From NCBI GenBank assembly GCA_034101315.1, contig JAXEJY010000189.1:1-38242 (forward strand): a DNA stretch of 38,242 nucleotides. The letters run 5' to 3'. This stretch comes from Pyramidobacter sp. (GTDB taxonomy: Bacteria; Synergistota; Synergistia; Synergistales; Dethiosulfovibrionaceae). Shown here one piece after another: positions 8,726 to 18,120 of the stretch (positions are counted from its first letter, which is position 1; every line of letters begins with the position of its first letter). The translations under genes were made by a program, and so were the position numbers. Under the pieces are notes generated by a model, which saw only the letters and a program-made list of their open reading frames with translations, was not told the DNA's origin and did no database searches.

Positions 8726-10018
8726 ATGACGACGAATCCGAACGACTATCCGAAGGGGCTTCTGTTTTCCCCCGAAATTCAGGCGCAGGTGCGCGCCCGA
8801 TTCTGCAACGTTGAAGCTGACAGCTTCGGCAAGAGAATTTTCTTTGAGAACTCCGGCGGCTCTCTGCGGCTGAAGGCGTGCCTCGACGCGGCATGTGCCG
8901 CTGACTCACACCCTGACTGCCCGGGACGCCATCAGGCTCAGGCGAACGTTCAGGACGCTCTGGTAAAAAAAGGCTACGAGGATATCCGCATGATCCTCAA
9001 CGCCCATTCCGGCTCCATCGTCACGTGTCTTTCCGCGTCGCAGGTGATGTTCAACATCATTGGAGCGATCGCGGGCAGCACGCCCGGCAAGAACATGGTC
9101 GTGTCCGTTCTGGAGCATCCGTCGGGCTTTGACTCGGTTCAGATGTACGCGCAGAGAATGGGGCTTGAGCTGCGCGTCCTCAAGAGCAATCCTGAAACGG
9201 GCGGAATAGACGTGAGCGAGGTGGAGCGCCTCGTCGACAAGGATACTGTTCTGCTGAGCTGCATGTTCTCGTCAAACGTCACGGGAGCGATCAACGACAT
9301 TGCCGCGATGGCGCGCGCCGCCCGCCGAATTAAGCCGGACATCTACGTCGTCGCCGACGCGGTTCAGCACGTTCCTCACGCCATTGTGGACGTCGACGCT
9401 CTGGAGATTGACGCGCTCGACTTTGCGCCGTACAAGTTTTTCGGGATGCGCGGCTCTGGAATCGGCTGGGTGTCGGACCGCTGCGCCCGTCTGCCGCACA
9501 ACAGAATTCTGTGCTACAGCGAGGACACGTGGGAGCTCGGCAGCACGGCGCCGAACGTCTTCGCCGGAATCAGCGCCATCGCCGATTACGTCTGCTGGCT
9601 GGGCGCTCAGTACATCAGAAGCAGCGACCGCCGCGAGCTGTTCTGCGAGGGAATGGCGCGGATTGAGCTTCAGGAGCGCGGACTTTTGAACCGCGCCCTT
9701 GAGGGGACAGATCAGGTCAAGGGCTTGAGAGCGATCAGCGGCGTCAATGTCTGCTGCGATTATCCTGACCTGACGAAGCGCGACTTCATCATGGCGCTCA
9801 CGTTTGACGCGCTCACCCCGTCTGAGGCGGCGAAAGAATACGTCGCGCGCGGCATTCACGTCTTTGAGCGCGTGTCCCCCAGCCACTATTCAAAGCGCAT
9901 TGTCGAGTCGTTCGGCTTGAGCGGCGTCGTCCGCGTGTCGCCGATTCACTGCAACTCGCCTGAAGAGATTGACGAGTTCCTGCGAGTGACGGAGGAAATC
10001 TCCAAAATCAAGAAATAA
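8726..10018 (+). CDS. Aminotransferase class V / SufS-NifS-fold PLP enzyme lacking the canonical catalytic Cys loop
   Basis: FFENSGGS, LEHPS, SNVTG, DAVQHVPH, FAPYKFFG (PLP lysine), WELGS and VRVSPIHCNSPEEI; SD ggagg upstream. Confidence 0.85.
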   Translation: MTTNPNDYPKGLLFSPEIQAQVRARFCNVEADSFGKRIFFENSGGSLRLKACLDAACAADSHPDCPGRHQAQANVQDALVKKGYEDIRMILNAHSGSIVTCLSASQVMFNIIGAIAGSTPGKNMVVSVLEHPSGFDSVQMYAQRMGLELRVLKSNPETGGIDVSEVERLVDKDTVLLSCMFSSNVTGAINDIAAMARAARRIKPDIYVVADAVQHVPHAIVDVDALEIDALDFAPYKFFGMRGSGIGWVSDRCARLPHNRILCYSEDTWELGSTAPNVFAGISAIADYVCWLGAQYIRSSDRRELFCEGMARIELQERGLLNRALEGTDQVKGLRAISGVNVCCDYPDLTKRDFIMALTFDALTPSEAAKEYVARGIHVFERVSPSHYSKRIVESFGLSGVVRVSPIHCNSPEEIDEFLRVTEEISKIKK

Positions 10019-10083
10019 CGCGGGCTTTTGCGCGTTTGCTCATTAATTTTCGAGTCTATATTGTTGGAAAAGAGGGAATAAGA

Positions 10084-11310
10084 GTGTCTTGGTTCATGTC
10101 GAAAAAGAATCTGTATCTGCGCGTTGCTGTGATGTTTGCCTTGGGCATTATGTTCGGGCTTGCCAGTCCTGAGTGGGCAGTGAAGTTCAAATGGGTCGGC
10201 GATCTGTGGATGAACGGCATCAGAATGATGATCGTTCCGATTGTTTTCTGCTCTGTCGTCGGCGGCATTGCGCACCTTGAGAACGCCGCTGTGCTGAAGA
10301 GGCTGGGCGGAAAAGTCGTCCTGACGTACGTGCTCTTTACGTTCGCGTCATGCGTTCTCTCCGTCGCGGTCGCTTCACTTCTTCAGCCCGGCATCGGCGC
10401 GGCTTTTGAGAACATTCCCGCTCTGACGACGAAAATCACGAAAATTGACCTTCTCGGCTTCTTCAAGAATCTGGCGCCCTCGAACATGATTGCCGCGATG
10501 GCAGCCGGAAACACCATGCAGGTCATCTTCGTCGCCATCTGCTGCGGAATCGCAGTCGTCCTCGTCGGCGAGCCTGCCGCCAGCTTCAAAAACGGCGTCA
10601 TTTCGTTCCTTAAAGTCATCTACAAGATCATTGACGGCGTCATGGCGCTTTCGCCCATCGGCGTGTTCTGCCTCATGGCTCACGCGACAGCGTTCTACGG
10701 GCCTCAGCTGTTCTCATCGCTGGCGAAGTTCATCGGCACCATCTGGGTCGCCTGCGTGCTCATCATCCTTCTCGTCTTCACGCTTCCCGTCGTCTGCTAC
10801 TGCCGCGTCGGTCTTGGAACGTGGTTCAAGAGCCTCGTCCCGATCCTTCTGATGACGACGGCGACGAACAGCTCTGCGGCGACGATTCCCACGACGCTGA
10901 GCGTCGCGGAGAACACGTACAAAGTCCCCGACACGCTGAGCTGATTCTCTATTCCCCTCGGCGCGACGATTAACCTGAGCGGCGGCGCGTGCTTCACCAC
11001 GATTTTCGCCATTTTCGTGGCGCAGTTCTATCAGGTTCAGCTCGGCGTTGAACAGCTTCTGTACATCTGCGTCCTGTCCACTATCATTGCCATCGCGGCT
11101 CCCGGCGTCGCCGGCGGCGGCATTGTCCTCGGCCCTCTGTTCTTGTCCATGGTCGGACTTCCCGTCGAGCTGGGCGGCCTTCTGGGCGGCTTCTACCGTC
11201 TTATTGACACAGCGCACACGGCAGCGAACGTCACCGGTGACATCGCCGGAACGCTTCTCGTCGCCAAGAGCGAGAAGATCTGGGACGCCAGCATGATCAA
11301 CCGCGGCTGA
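10084..11310 (+). pseudogene. Dicarboxylate/amino acid:cation symporter (DAACS) interrupted by a single in-frame TGA at 10942-10944
   Basis: ORFs 10036-10944 and 11017-11310 share a frame. Translation across the gap reads VPDTLS*FSIPLGATINLSGGACFTTIFAIFVAQFY. Family motifs TNSSAATIP, APGVAGGG and TAANVTGD are present. GTG start at 10084 follows SD gaggg. Confidence 0.8.
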
Positions 11311-11346
11311 TTTTTTCCGCGCGCACAGCTTTTTACGTTTTTTGTG

Positions 11347-11386
11347 TGCAGGGGTGCTTTTATCCGAAGCGCCCCTGCATTTTTTT
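11347..11386 (+). terminator. Intrinsic terminator
   Basis: tgcaggggtgctt...aagcgcccctgca followed by T7. Confidence 0.8.
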
Positions 11387-11435
11387 GAAAATTTTTGTAT
11401 AATGACGGCAGTTTGACGTTTGGAGGCAGCCGTCG

Positions 11436-12356
11436 ATGAATCTGATCACCATACAGACATTTCTGTCAATTGCTCATCAGCTCAGCATTTCTTTAGCAGC
11501 GGAGGAAATGCTCGTCTCTCAGTCGACGATCAGCCACCGCCTTAAAACTCTTGAAGAGGAAGTGGGAATGCAGCTTGTCGAGCGGCGGCAGGGCTTCCGC
11601 GGCGTCACTCTGTCGCCCCAAGGGCGGGCGTTTATTCCCATCGCTGAAAAGTGGCTGGCGCTGTGGAATGAGACGATGAATCTGAAGAGCGCTCATCAGG
11701 AAATGTCTCTGTCAATCGCCAGCATCGACAGCGTGAACGTCCATCTCATGTCGCCTCTGTACCGTCAGCTGGCGGGCATGGACGCGCCGTTTCACCTCCA
11801 AATCCGCTCGCAGCAGTCGCCCGAAATTTACCGGCTCATTGAAGAGCGAAAAGCCGATATTGGATTTGTCATTCTCCCCATGGAGTCAAAACAGGTCGTG
11901 ACGACGCCGATCCTGAAAGAGAAAATGCTTCTGGTTTCCCGGCGCAACAGGAATCTGCCGCGCGGCGCCGTTCACCCGTCGCTTCTCGATTCCCGAAATG
12001 AGCTCTATATGGGATTTCCGCCGGAAATTCAGCGCTGGCACGACAGGTGGTGGAATCCGTCCGTCATGCCGCACGTCCGCGTGGACACAGCGGCGCTTCT
12101 GCTTAACTTCATGGACAGCCCCGCGTACTGGGCAATCTGCCCTCTGTCGGTCGCCCGGTCGTTTGCGCGCCTGTCGGACGACGTTGAACTGCGCGAGTTT
12201 TCCGTGCCGCCCCCGCCGCGCGTGTGCTACATGCTGGAAAACAGAACGCTGCCGCCGTCCAGACAGAAAAGCGCCGCGCTGTTCAAGCGCTGCCTTGAGC
12301 CGTTTGTCGAAGAGCTGAACGCCCTCAACAGCGGCGAAATTGAGCGGATATGCTGA
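11436..12356 (+). CDS. LysR-family transcriptional regulator
   Basis: TFLSIAHQLSISLAAEEMLVSQSTISHRLKTLEEEVGMQLVER HTH; 306 aa. Confidence 0.93.
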   Translation: MNLITIQTFLSIAHQLSISLAAEEMLVSQSTISHRLKTLEEEVGMQLVERRQGFRGVTLSPQGRAFIPIAEKWLALWNETMNLKSAHQEMSLSIASIDSVNVHLMSPLYRQLAGMDAPFHLQIRSQQSPEIYRLIEERKADIGFVILPMESKQVVTTPILKEKMLLVSRRNRNLPRGAVHPSLLDSRNELYMGFPPEIQRWHDRWWNPSVMPHVRVDTAALLLNFMDSPAYWAICPLSVARSFARLSDDVELREFSVPPPPRVCYMLENRTLPPSRQKSAALFKRCLEPFVEELNALNSGEIERIC

Positions 12357-12387
12357 AAAATAAGCAGTTTTTTGCGGTGTTTTTGAT

Positions 12388-12415
12388 TTGACTTTTCTGC
12401 AATCCTGTGTATAAT
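12388..12415 (+). promoter_or_regulatory. Sigma70 promoter for the S-box-metK transcript
   Basis: TTGACT-16 nt-TATAAT. Confidence 0.7.
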
Positions 12416-12436
12416 GATGGAGCTTTATCAATTGAA

Positions 12437-12552
12437 CTCTTATCGAGAGCGGCTGAGGGACTGGCCCTGCGAAGCCCGGCAACCTGCCTGATTTTCAGGA
12501 GAGTGGTGCTAATACCAGAGACCGGAGGTTTTTTCGGGTCGGATGATGAGAG
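12437..12552 (+). promoter_or_regulatory. SAM-I (S-box) riboswitch aptamer
   Basis: P1 CTCTTATC...GATGAGAG, GAGAG-CGGCTGAGGGACTGGCCCTGCGAAGCCCGGCAACC core and GGTGCTAAT; directly upstream of metK. Confidence 0.93.
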
Positions 12553-12576
12553 GAGCTGCACTCAGTCTGAACTTTT

Positions 12577-12608
12577 GAGTCTCTCCTCGCGGAGGGGCTC
12601 TTTTTTTT
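12577..12608 (+). terminator. Riboswitch-controlled transcription attenuator
   Basis: gagtctctcc-tcgc-ggaggggctc followed by T8, between the aptamer and the metK start. Confidence 0.8.
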
Positions 12609-12655
12609 ATGGCAGTGCCGCTGTGCGCGGCGAACATTTTTGGAGGTTTCGTGCA

Positions 12656-13840
12656 ATGTCTGAAAAAATTCTCATTTCTTCTGAATCAGTGACTGAAGGA
12701 CATCCCGACAAGCTGGCGGATCAGGTGTCCGACGGAATTCTTGACGCGATTCTCGCTCAGGATCCCATGGGGCGCGTGGCGTGCGAGACGCTGGTCACCA
12801 CGGGAATTATCATGGTCGCCGGTGAAATCTCGACGAAGGCCTACGTTGACATTCCCGGCATCGCCCGCGGCGTGGCGCGCGACATCGGCTACGACCGCGC
12901 CAAGTTCGGCTTTGACTGCGAGACATGCGCTGTGATGACTTCCATCGACGAACAGTCCGGCGACATCGCCATGGGCGTTGACAGAGCCATGGAAGTCCGC
13001 GAGTCGGAGATGGACGACAACCAGATTGACAGAATCGGCGCGGGCGACCAGGGCATGATGATCGGCTACGCCACTGACGAGACGCCCGAATTTCTGCCCA
13101 TGCCGTTCGCTCTGGCGCAGCGCCTTGCCCGCCGCCTGACGAAAGTCCGCAAAGACGGGCTTCTGACCTGTCTGCGCCCCGACGGAAAGACGCAGGTCAC
13201 TCTTGAGTACGTCGGCGGCAAAGCCGTTGCTGCTGACACCATCGTCGTTTCATCTCAGCACAGCCCCGACGTCTCTCTTGAGGATCTGCGCGAGCTGATT
13301 GTCCGTCACGTCATCGAGCCTGTCATGCCCGCTGAGCTGATGAAAAATCCCCGCATCCTCGTCAACCCCACGGGGCGCTTTGTCAAGGGCGGCCCCATGG
13401 CTGACTCGGGGCTGACGGGACGCAAGATCATCGTTGACACCTACGGCGGCATGGTTCCGCACGGCGGCGGCGCTTTTTCCGGAAAAGACCCGACGAAAGT
13501 CGACCGCTCCGGCGCGTACATGGCGCGCTATGCGGCGAAGAACATCGTCGCGGCAGGGTTGGCGCGGCGCTGCCAGATTCAGGTCGCTTACGCCATCGGC
13601 GTGGCGCGGCCCGTGTCGGTCATGGCGGAGACGTTCGGCACGTCAGCGGTGAGCGAGGAGCGGATCAACGCCCTCGTGCGCGAGAACTTTGACTTCCGCC
13701 CCGCCGCCATGATCCGCGACCTTGAACTGCGCAAACCTCAGTACCGCCGTATTGCCGCCTATGGGCACATGGGCAGAATTGACCTCGACCCCATGCCCGC
13801 ATGGGAGAGAACCGACCGCGTCGACGCTCTGCGCGCCTAA
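12656..13840 (+). CDS. metK: S-adenosylmethionine synthetase
   Basis: [31 protein letters not shown] and [17 protein letters not shown]; ATG 12656 follows SD ggagg (the track start at 12407 is too long). Confidence 0.98.
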   Translation: MSEKILISSESVTEGHPDKLADQVSDGILDAILAQDPMGRVACETLVTTGIIMVAGEISTKAYVDIPGIARGVARDIGYDRAKFGFDCETCAVMTSIDEQSGDIAMGVDRAMEVRESEMDDNQIDRIGAGDQGMMIGYATDETPEFLPMPFALAQRLARRLTKVRKDGLLTCLRPDGKTQVTLEYVGGKAVAADTIVVSSQHSPDVSLEDLRELIVRHVIEPVMPAELMKNPRILVNPTGRFVKGGPMADSGLTGRKIIVDTYGGMVPHGGGAFSGKDPTKVDRSGAYMARYAAKNIVAAGLARRCQIQVAYAIGVARPVSVMAETFGTSAVSEERINALVRENFDFRPAAMIRDLELRKPQYRRIAAYGHMGRIDLDPMPAWERTDRVDALRA

Positions 13841-13857
13841 GAAAACAGCTGATAATC

Positions 13858-13899
13858 GCAGCCTGCCCCGTTCAGATTCAGCCTGACGGGACAGGCTGC
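13858..13899 (+). terminator. Long hairpin after metK (terminator or stabiliser)
   Basis: gcagcctgccccgttcag...ctgacgggacaggctgc; weak U-tail. Confidence 0.5.
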
Positions 13900-14038
13900 T
13901 GTGTCTTCCGCTTGTGCAAAAATCATCATGAGATATAATAATCAATATGGAGTGTTTTTTTGCCCGCCGGCGCGGCGTTTTCGCCGCAGCGATGCCGGCA
14001 GACTTCTTTGAAGAACTCTGATGAAGGAGAAATGCACA

Positions 14039-14365
14039 ATGATGAAAAAAATTTTTAACCTCGCCGCGCTTGGCGTTCTCGGAGTTGTGATTTTTCGCTG
14101 GGCGCGCGGAAAGCGCCTGAATCCCGTGGGACTGAGGCTTCTTCTGGCTCTTTTGACGGCGCTTGCGCTGATGTTTGAGTCGTCGCTGATCGTCATCTTT
14201 GCGGGCAGCTCTTTGGCGTTTCTGCTCCTGAGCGACGCCGCGCGCCTGTTCGGGTATGAGCTGCGCCTGTTTGACGAATTGCCGAAAAAAAACGCCGAGC
14301 CGCGCGAACCAGAGCGCCAATTCTCCGGCTGGTTTCGTTCAGCGCTCCACGGTCTGAAGCGCTGA
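14039..14365 (+). CDS. Small hypothetical membrane protein (2-3 hydrophobic segments)
   Basis: SD aaggag before ATG ATG; hydrophobic runs; upstream TATAAT and a downstream terminator. Confidence 0.6.
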   Translation: MMKKIFNLAALGVLGVVIFRWARGKRLNPVGLRLLLALLTALALMFESSLIVIFAGSSLAFLLLSDAARLFGYELRLFDELPKKNAEPREPERQFSGWFRSALHGLKR

Positions 14366-14399
14366 ACACGCGGAGGCGTTTGGTAAAAAAGCAGAGCTG

Positions 14400-14435
14400 A
14401 CAGCGCCGTTTCCTCAGGGAACGGCGCTGTTTTTT
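14400..14435 (+). terminator. Intrinsic terminator
   Basis: acagcgccgtttcc-tca-gggaacggcgctgt followed by a T-run. Confidence 0.8.
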
Positions 14436-14485
14436 CGTTTGTGATATTCGGAGAGTACAGATTTTATGTCCTCCGCGTCGGAATA

Positions 14486-14509
14486 TGATATAATAAATCG
14501 CTATTATAT
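14486..14509 (+). promoter_or_regulatory. Extended -10 promoter overlapped by a palindromic operator
   Basis: TGa-TATAAT (14486-14494) within ATATAATA-aatcgc-TATTATAT (14488-14509). Confidence 0.6.
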
Positions 14510-14539
14510 TTATACCGTTTTTTTGTGGAGGCGTTTAAT

Positions 14540-15892
14540 TTGAAGAAAATTCGAATTGGCTGCGGCTCAGGCGGGTGCAGCTATGAGCGCTTTGAGCCGA
14601 CGACAGAGCTAATCGAAAAAGGCAGTCTTGACTATCTCGTTTTTGAATGTCTTGCCGAGAGGACAATCGCTGACGCGCAGCAGGAGAAAATACGCGATCC
14701 TCAGCGCGGATACAATCCTCAGCTCGAGCCCAGAATGAGAAGGTTTCTCAAACCGGCGTTTGAGCGCGGGATAAAAATCATCTCCAACATGGGCGCGGCG
14801 AACACGCCGAAAGCCGTTGAGAAAATCTGTGAAATCGCGCGGGAACTCGGCATTTCCGGCATGAAAATCGCGATGGTGCAGGGCGACGACATCCTCGACC
14901 GCCTCGCGCGCTACAGCGATGTTCCTCTGTGGGACAGAAAAGTCCCCCTCAAAACCCTCGACGGAACAGTCGTGTCGGCAAACGCCTATCTCAGCGGCGA
15001 TCCCATCTGCGAGGCGCTGGACAACGGCGCCGACATCGTCATCACGGGGCGCGTCGCCGATCCGGCGCTGTTCGTCGGGCCCCTCAAGCACGAGTTCCGC
15101 TGGACAGCCAGTCAGAAACACCTCATGGGTCAGGCAATTTTGCTTGGTCATCTCCTTGAGTGCGCCGGTCAGCTGACGGGCGGTTTCTACGCTGATCCCG
15201 GGCGCAAAGACGTTCCCGATCTGCACCGGCTGGCATTCCCGATTGCCGAAATTGACGAGACGGGTGATTTCTTCGTGACAAAAGTTGCGGGCTCGGGCGG
15301 CACAGTGTGCGAGAGCGTCTGCCGCGAGCAGCTCCTGTACGAAATCGGCGATCCGTCATGCTACATCACCCCCGACGGAATTGCCGACTTTTCAAAAGTG
15401 ACCTTCACGACGCTCGAAAAAGACAAAGTCCTCGTGCAGAACGCCTCGTCAAAAGGCGAGCCCGACACGTACAAAGTGAACGTCGGCTACCGTGACTGCT
15501 TTATCGGCGACGCGTCGCTCAGCTTCGGCGGCAGCAACGCACTGGCGCGCGCGCAGCTGTGCGCTGACATCGTCGAAAAGAGGCTTGAGCTCACTGGCGT
15601 TCACCCTGATGAGTACCGCGTCGACTTTATCGGCTACAACTCACTCTACAAAAACGCCATCTCAAAGATCATCACGCCCGTCGTGTCCAGCGAAATACGC
15701 CTGAGAATCTGCGCGCGCACGAAAACGCAGGAAGAGGCGCTTGCCGTCGTGCGCGAAATACAGTGCATGTACACAAACGGCCCCGCCGGAAGCTCAGGAA
15801 TCGACTACGAAGTGCGGCGCGTCGTCTCCGTCGAAAATATACTCGTCCCGCGCGCCGATGTGCCGTGGACAGTCAGCTACTGCGAGGTGTAA
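14540..15892 (+). CDS. Acyclic terpene utilisation AtuA family (DUF1446) protein, N-terminal part
   Basis: IRIGCGSG, LDYLVFECLAERT, SANAYL, GADIVITGRVADPAL, GHLLECAGQLTGG, EQLLYEI and YTNGPAG; TTG start 14540 follows SD ggagg. Confidence 0.88.
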   Translation: MKKIRIGCGSGGCSYERFEPTTELIEKGSLDYLVFECLAERTIADAQQEKIRDPQRGYNPQLEPRMRRFLKPAFERGIKIISNMGAANTPKAVEKICEIARELGISGMKIAMVQGDDILDRLARYSDVPLWDRKVPLKTLDGTVVSANAYLSGDPICEALDNGADIVITGRVADPALFVGPLKHEFRWTASQKHLMGQAILLGHLLECAGQLTGGFYADPGRKDVPDLHRLAFPIAEIDETGDFFVTKVAGSGGTVCESVCREQLLYEIGDPSCYITPDGIADFSKVTFTTLEKDKVLVQNASSKGEPDTYKVNVGYRDCFIGDASLSFGGSNALARAQLCADIVEKRLELTGVHPDEYRVDFIGYNSLYKNAISKIITPVVSSEIRLRICARTKTQEEALAVVREIQCMYTNGPAGSSGIDYEVRRVVSVENILVPRADVPWTVSYCEV

Positions 15893-15895
15893 ACG

Positions 15896-16195
15896 ATGAA
15901 ATTAGGCGAAATAGCCCATACGCGCACAGGCGATAAAGGCAATCTGTGCAACATCTGCGTCATTCCCTACGACGACGCCGATTATCCCATGCTGAAAGAA
16001 AAGCTCACGGCGGAGCGCGTCAAAGATTTTTACAGAGAAATCTGCCTGGGCGAAGTGAAGCGCTACGAAGTCGACTCAATCTGCTCGATGAATTTTGTCC
16101 TGTACAACTCATTAGGCGGAGGAGTCACGCGCAGCCTTGCCGTCGACCGCCACGGAAAATCCCTCGGCATGGCTCTGCTTGATATGGAGCTTTAA
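15896..16195 (+). CDS. AtuA-related small protein (stand-alone AtuA C-terminal domain)
   Basis: LGEIAHTRTGDKGN ... NFVLYNSLGGGVTRSLAVDRHGKSLG. Confidence 0.85.
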   Translation: MKLGEIAHTRTGDKGNLCNICVIPYDDADYPMLKEKLTAERVKDFYREICLGEVKRYEVDSICSMNFVLYNSLGGGVTRSLAVDRHGKSLGMALLDMEL

Positions 16196-16196
16196 A

Positions 16197-16258
16197 CGCA
16201 AAAAAACGGACAGTACGCGCGGAGATGTTTTTCGCCGGTACTGCCCGTTTTTTTTGCG
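16197..16258. terminator. Bidirectional terminator
   Basis: cgcaaaaaaacggacagtac...gtactgcccgtttttttgcg between convergent genes. Confidence 0.7.
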
Positions 16259-16700
16259 TCAGTCATAGTGATGTTCATTTAAAGTCCAGAACAGAACGCG
16301 TTTCTTGAAGCGGTCAAAGCAGGTCATTATCGTGACGATGACGACAATCGTGAACAGCAAGCCCCCCAAGACGCGCGCGTAGTCAGAGAAGTCAGCGTAG
16401 TACTGAATGTAATATCCCATGCCTGAGTTCGTGGCAAACATCTCCGCGACGGTCAGCAGGATAAACGCGAAGTTCAGCGCCGTCCCCGCTCCGGCGAGGA
16501 TCATCGGCGACGCCGCCGGCAGAATGACCGTGACGAGCCGCTTGAAGCCGCGGAACTCAAGCACCTTGGCGTTGTCGATGTACTTCTGGTCGATGAGCAG
16601 AATCCCGTTAATCGTCCCGACAAGAAACGGCCAGAAACAGCCGATAAAGATGACGGCAACTGAAGAAAGATAAAATGTCGGCATCACGGCGATGGAGAGC
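16259..16700 (-). pseudogene. 5'-truncated ABC transporter permease (NitT/TauC/SsuC type), C-terminal half only
   Basis: FWPFLVGTINGI...YIDNAKVL...VILPAASPMILAG...LTVAEMFATNSGMGYYI; no SD, no N-terminal half and no partner ABC genes nearby. Confidence 0.75.
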
Positions 16701-16762
16701 GTAAAATATTTTGTGTAAACGCCAGAAATCGAAAAAACGAGAAAGACCCAGACTTTTCCTGA

Positions 16763-17479
16763 TTATCTTCTTCGCAGAATGATGGAGATGAAGTTGAGAT
16801 ACTTTCCTCCGCCGGCGTTCATGGCTTTTCTGTCGCCGACGGCGTATTCATTTTCCTGCTTCAGCCAGTCGTCCCATACCTCTTCATTGCTCTCCATCTC
16901 GCTGACGGAGAGGATGTCAGCGCCGCGGCTCTGGCTGAGGATGCTCTCCCAGTAGCGCGCGTCGTGGATGTAGTCCAGCTGATCCGGCGTCCACGACAGA
17001 AGGAGCTCGGCTGGCGGCGCGTCGTGGCAGTCTTTTTTCATCCCCGGAATCGCGATGTATATGAGGCCGCCTTTTTTGACGAACGGCAAAAGCTTTGCGT
17101 CCAGAAAACCCGCGTCGCGCCCGAAATAGTGGTACGAGTCGACGCTGACAACGGCGTCGAAAAATTCGCGCTCAAACGGCAGACAGTCAGCATCCGCCTT
17201 AACGGGGACAATCTGCTGGCGCGAGAGTCCCATGCGGTCGAAAAACTTTTGATTGTCCTCCGGCTCGCTCCACAGGTCAGCCGCATAGACGGTAAAGCCG
17301 TACTCTTTGGCGAGGAAAACAGACGTCAGCCCCTGTCCGCTGCCAAGGTCGCACACAACGGCGCCTTCAGGGATAGCATGGCGCGCCAGAAGTTCCTCAG
17401 TCAGCTTGACGGGATTGGGCCCCATGATTTTTGACATCAGTTCGGGCGTCATGTATTTCAGGCTTTTAACGTAGTTCAT
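16763..17479 (-). CDS. Class I SAM-dependent methyltransferase
   Basis: VCDLGSGQGLTS motif I, YAADLW, ADADCLPF and FDAVVSVDSYHYF. Confidence 0.9.
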   Translation of the reverse strand: MNYVKSLKYMTPELMSKIMGPNPVKLTEELLARHAIPEGAVVCDLGSGQGLTSVFLAKEYGFTVYAADLWSEPEDNQKFFDRMGLSRQQIVPVKADADCLPFEREFFDAVVSVDSYHYFGRDAGFLDAKLLPFVKKGGLIYIAIPGMKKDCHDAPPAELLLSWTPDQLDYIHDARYWESILSQSRGADILSVSEMESNEEVWDDWLKQENEYAVGDRKAMNAGGGKYLNFISIILRRR

Positions 17480-18110
17480 GGTCGGTACTCCTTTCTTGAG
17501 ACGAAATTTCAGAGCTGAGGCGCAGGAGCTCAGCGTTAAAATGTTTTTTGAGCGTATCCTTTGCCCATTTGATATCCGCGCCGCCGTCGCAGACGCTGTA
17601 GAGCAGAAACATGGGTGAAAAAAAACGCACTGCCGCCTCAGACGGGTTTGGGACGTTCAGACCCTCCAAAAGGTCGCGCACGTAGTTCAGCGGTCCTGTG
17701 CAGATGTGCTGGTGGTACAGACGGGACATCTGTTCGCTGGCAAACTGCTCCAGAGTCAGCATTTTTCTGAAATTCGATGCAAACTCGTCCTCTGTCCAGT
17801 ACGCAAACTGCGCGCTGCTGAACTCGGCAATTTTCTGAAGCTCAGCGGACTGATATTCAAGCGGCATCTCCTGTGCTGTTCCCGCCGGGACGCCGTATTC
17901 ATGCGCCCGTTCATAATCGCGCCGATCCATTTCAGCGATGATCGCGTCAAGAATGCTTTGCTTGCTTCGGTAATGCTTGTACAGCGACGGCGCTTTAACG
18001 CCGACCGCCTGCGCAATCTGATCGACACTCACTGCGCGGCAGCCGCGGCGCGCAAACAGCTTCAGCGCCTCGGTCAAAATTTTTTGCTTCGTGTCCGGTT
18101 CGTTTTTCAT
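17466..18110 (-). CDS. TetR/AcrR-family transcriptional regulator
   Basis: TKQKILTEALKLFARRG...VSVDQIAQAVGVKAPSLYKHYRSKQSIL; overlaps the methyltransferase start. Confidence 0.93.
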   Translation of the reverse strand: MKNEPDTKQKILTEALKLFARRGCRAVSVDQIAQAVGVKAPSLYKHYRSKQSILDAIIAEMDRRDYERAHEYGVPAGTAQEMPLEYQSAELQKIAEFSSAQFAYWTEDEFASNFRKMLTLEQFASEQMSRLYHQHICTGPLNYVRDLLEGLNVPNPSEAAVRFFSPMFLLYSVCDGGADIKWAKDTLKKHFNAELLRLSSEISSQERSTDHELR

Positions 18111-18120
18111 GTTCAGCTCC

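Noticed and set aside
10942-10944. Genome-wide TGA reassignment (alternative genetic code)
   Set aside because: TGA ends several intact genes at their expected positions (LysR, PAS hydrogenase, recG, recX), and no other gene is interrupted.
12407-12655. N-terminal extension of MetK in the ORF track
   Set aside because: It spans the promoter, riboswitch and attenuator; the real start is ATG 12656. The track similarly over-extends GS III, TctC, DivIVA and hydratase L1.
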